Below are positions 63,997-64,000 of a DNA stretch of 64,000 bases, one piece after another. The stretch is from Candidatus Micrarchaeota archaeon. Lineage in GTDB: Archaea > Micrarchaeota > Micrarchaeia > Anstonellales > Bilamarchaeaceae. A program made the position numbers and the translations under genes. The notes beneath the pieces were generated by a model. It was not told the origin of the DNA. It made no database searches and worked only from the letters and a program-made list of their open reading frames with translations. The stretch's first letter is position 1; every line of letters starts with the position of its first letter. The stretch covers positions 5,528 to 69,527 of the forward strand of contig JBFMEZ010000025.1 in assembly GCA_040753215.1 (NCBI GenBank), written 5' to 3'.

Positions 63997-64000
63997 CTCG

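Noticed and set aside
1-64000. rRNA genes, transposases or IS elements, integrase
   Set aside because: No rRNA-like conserved stretches, no DDE or tyrosine-recombinase ORFs, and no terminal inverted repeats were found. The only mobile-element signatures are the intein and the tRNA-associated duplication.

Overview
The window reads as an archaeal chromosomal segment of roughly 60% GC, dense on both strands. Archaeal markers include a thermosome, PCNA, a UbiA/DGGGP-synthase-like prenyltransferase, class-III-signal pilins with a FlaI/FlaJ-type assembly machine, an intron-containing tRNA, and TATA boxes about 25-30 nt upstream of apparently leaderless start codons.

Housekeeping genes:
- a bacterial-type (class I) GAPDH
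- pyrK and pyrD
- trxB
- glnA
- purD, a purS-purL fusion and purQ
- leucyl aminopeptidase
- archaeal CTP-dependent riboflavin kinase
- a Hef-like helicase

Accessory content:
- A type-IV-pilus locus at 12.4-23.6 kb: seven or eight pilin paralogues, a 686-770 aa pilin-like adhesin, a CBS protein, a PilB/FlaI-like ATPase and two TadC/FlaJ-like membrane genes.
- A tightly coupled five-gene minus-strand operon at 47.2-52.9 kb: a small 2-TM protein, a polytopic membrane protein, a 2-TM plus cytoplasmic-domain protein, a HerA/VirB4-superfamily ATPase carrying a ~526-aa LAGLIDADG intein in its P-loop, and a coiled-coil/wHTH protein. The gene set resembles a Ced/Ted- or T4SS-like DNA-transfer module.
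- A 2758-aa HEAT-repeat giant protein (34.2-42.5 kb) with its own TATA box.
- A HEPN-MNT toxin-antitoxin pair flanked by two KaiC-like ATPases and a degenerate RecA-like protein.
- Two tRNA genes (Val-GAC, and one with a ~70-nt intron), each next to a conserved ~58-nt element; tRNA-Val also has a 20-bp duplication of its 5' end 192 bp away.

The most pervasive unexplained signal is a heptanucleotide repeat family, (GGAAACY)n and its complement, often as inverted arrays. It recurs more than 20 times at gene boundaries and in frame inside ORFs, where it encodes PETGN/PVSGS-type peptides, and it forms the N-terminal leaders of nearly all pilin genes and of a secreted transglutaminase-like protein.

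I found no rRNA, CRISPR array or obvious transposase.
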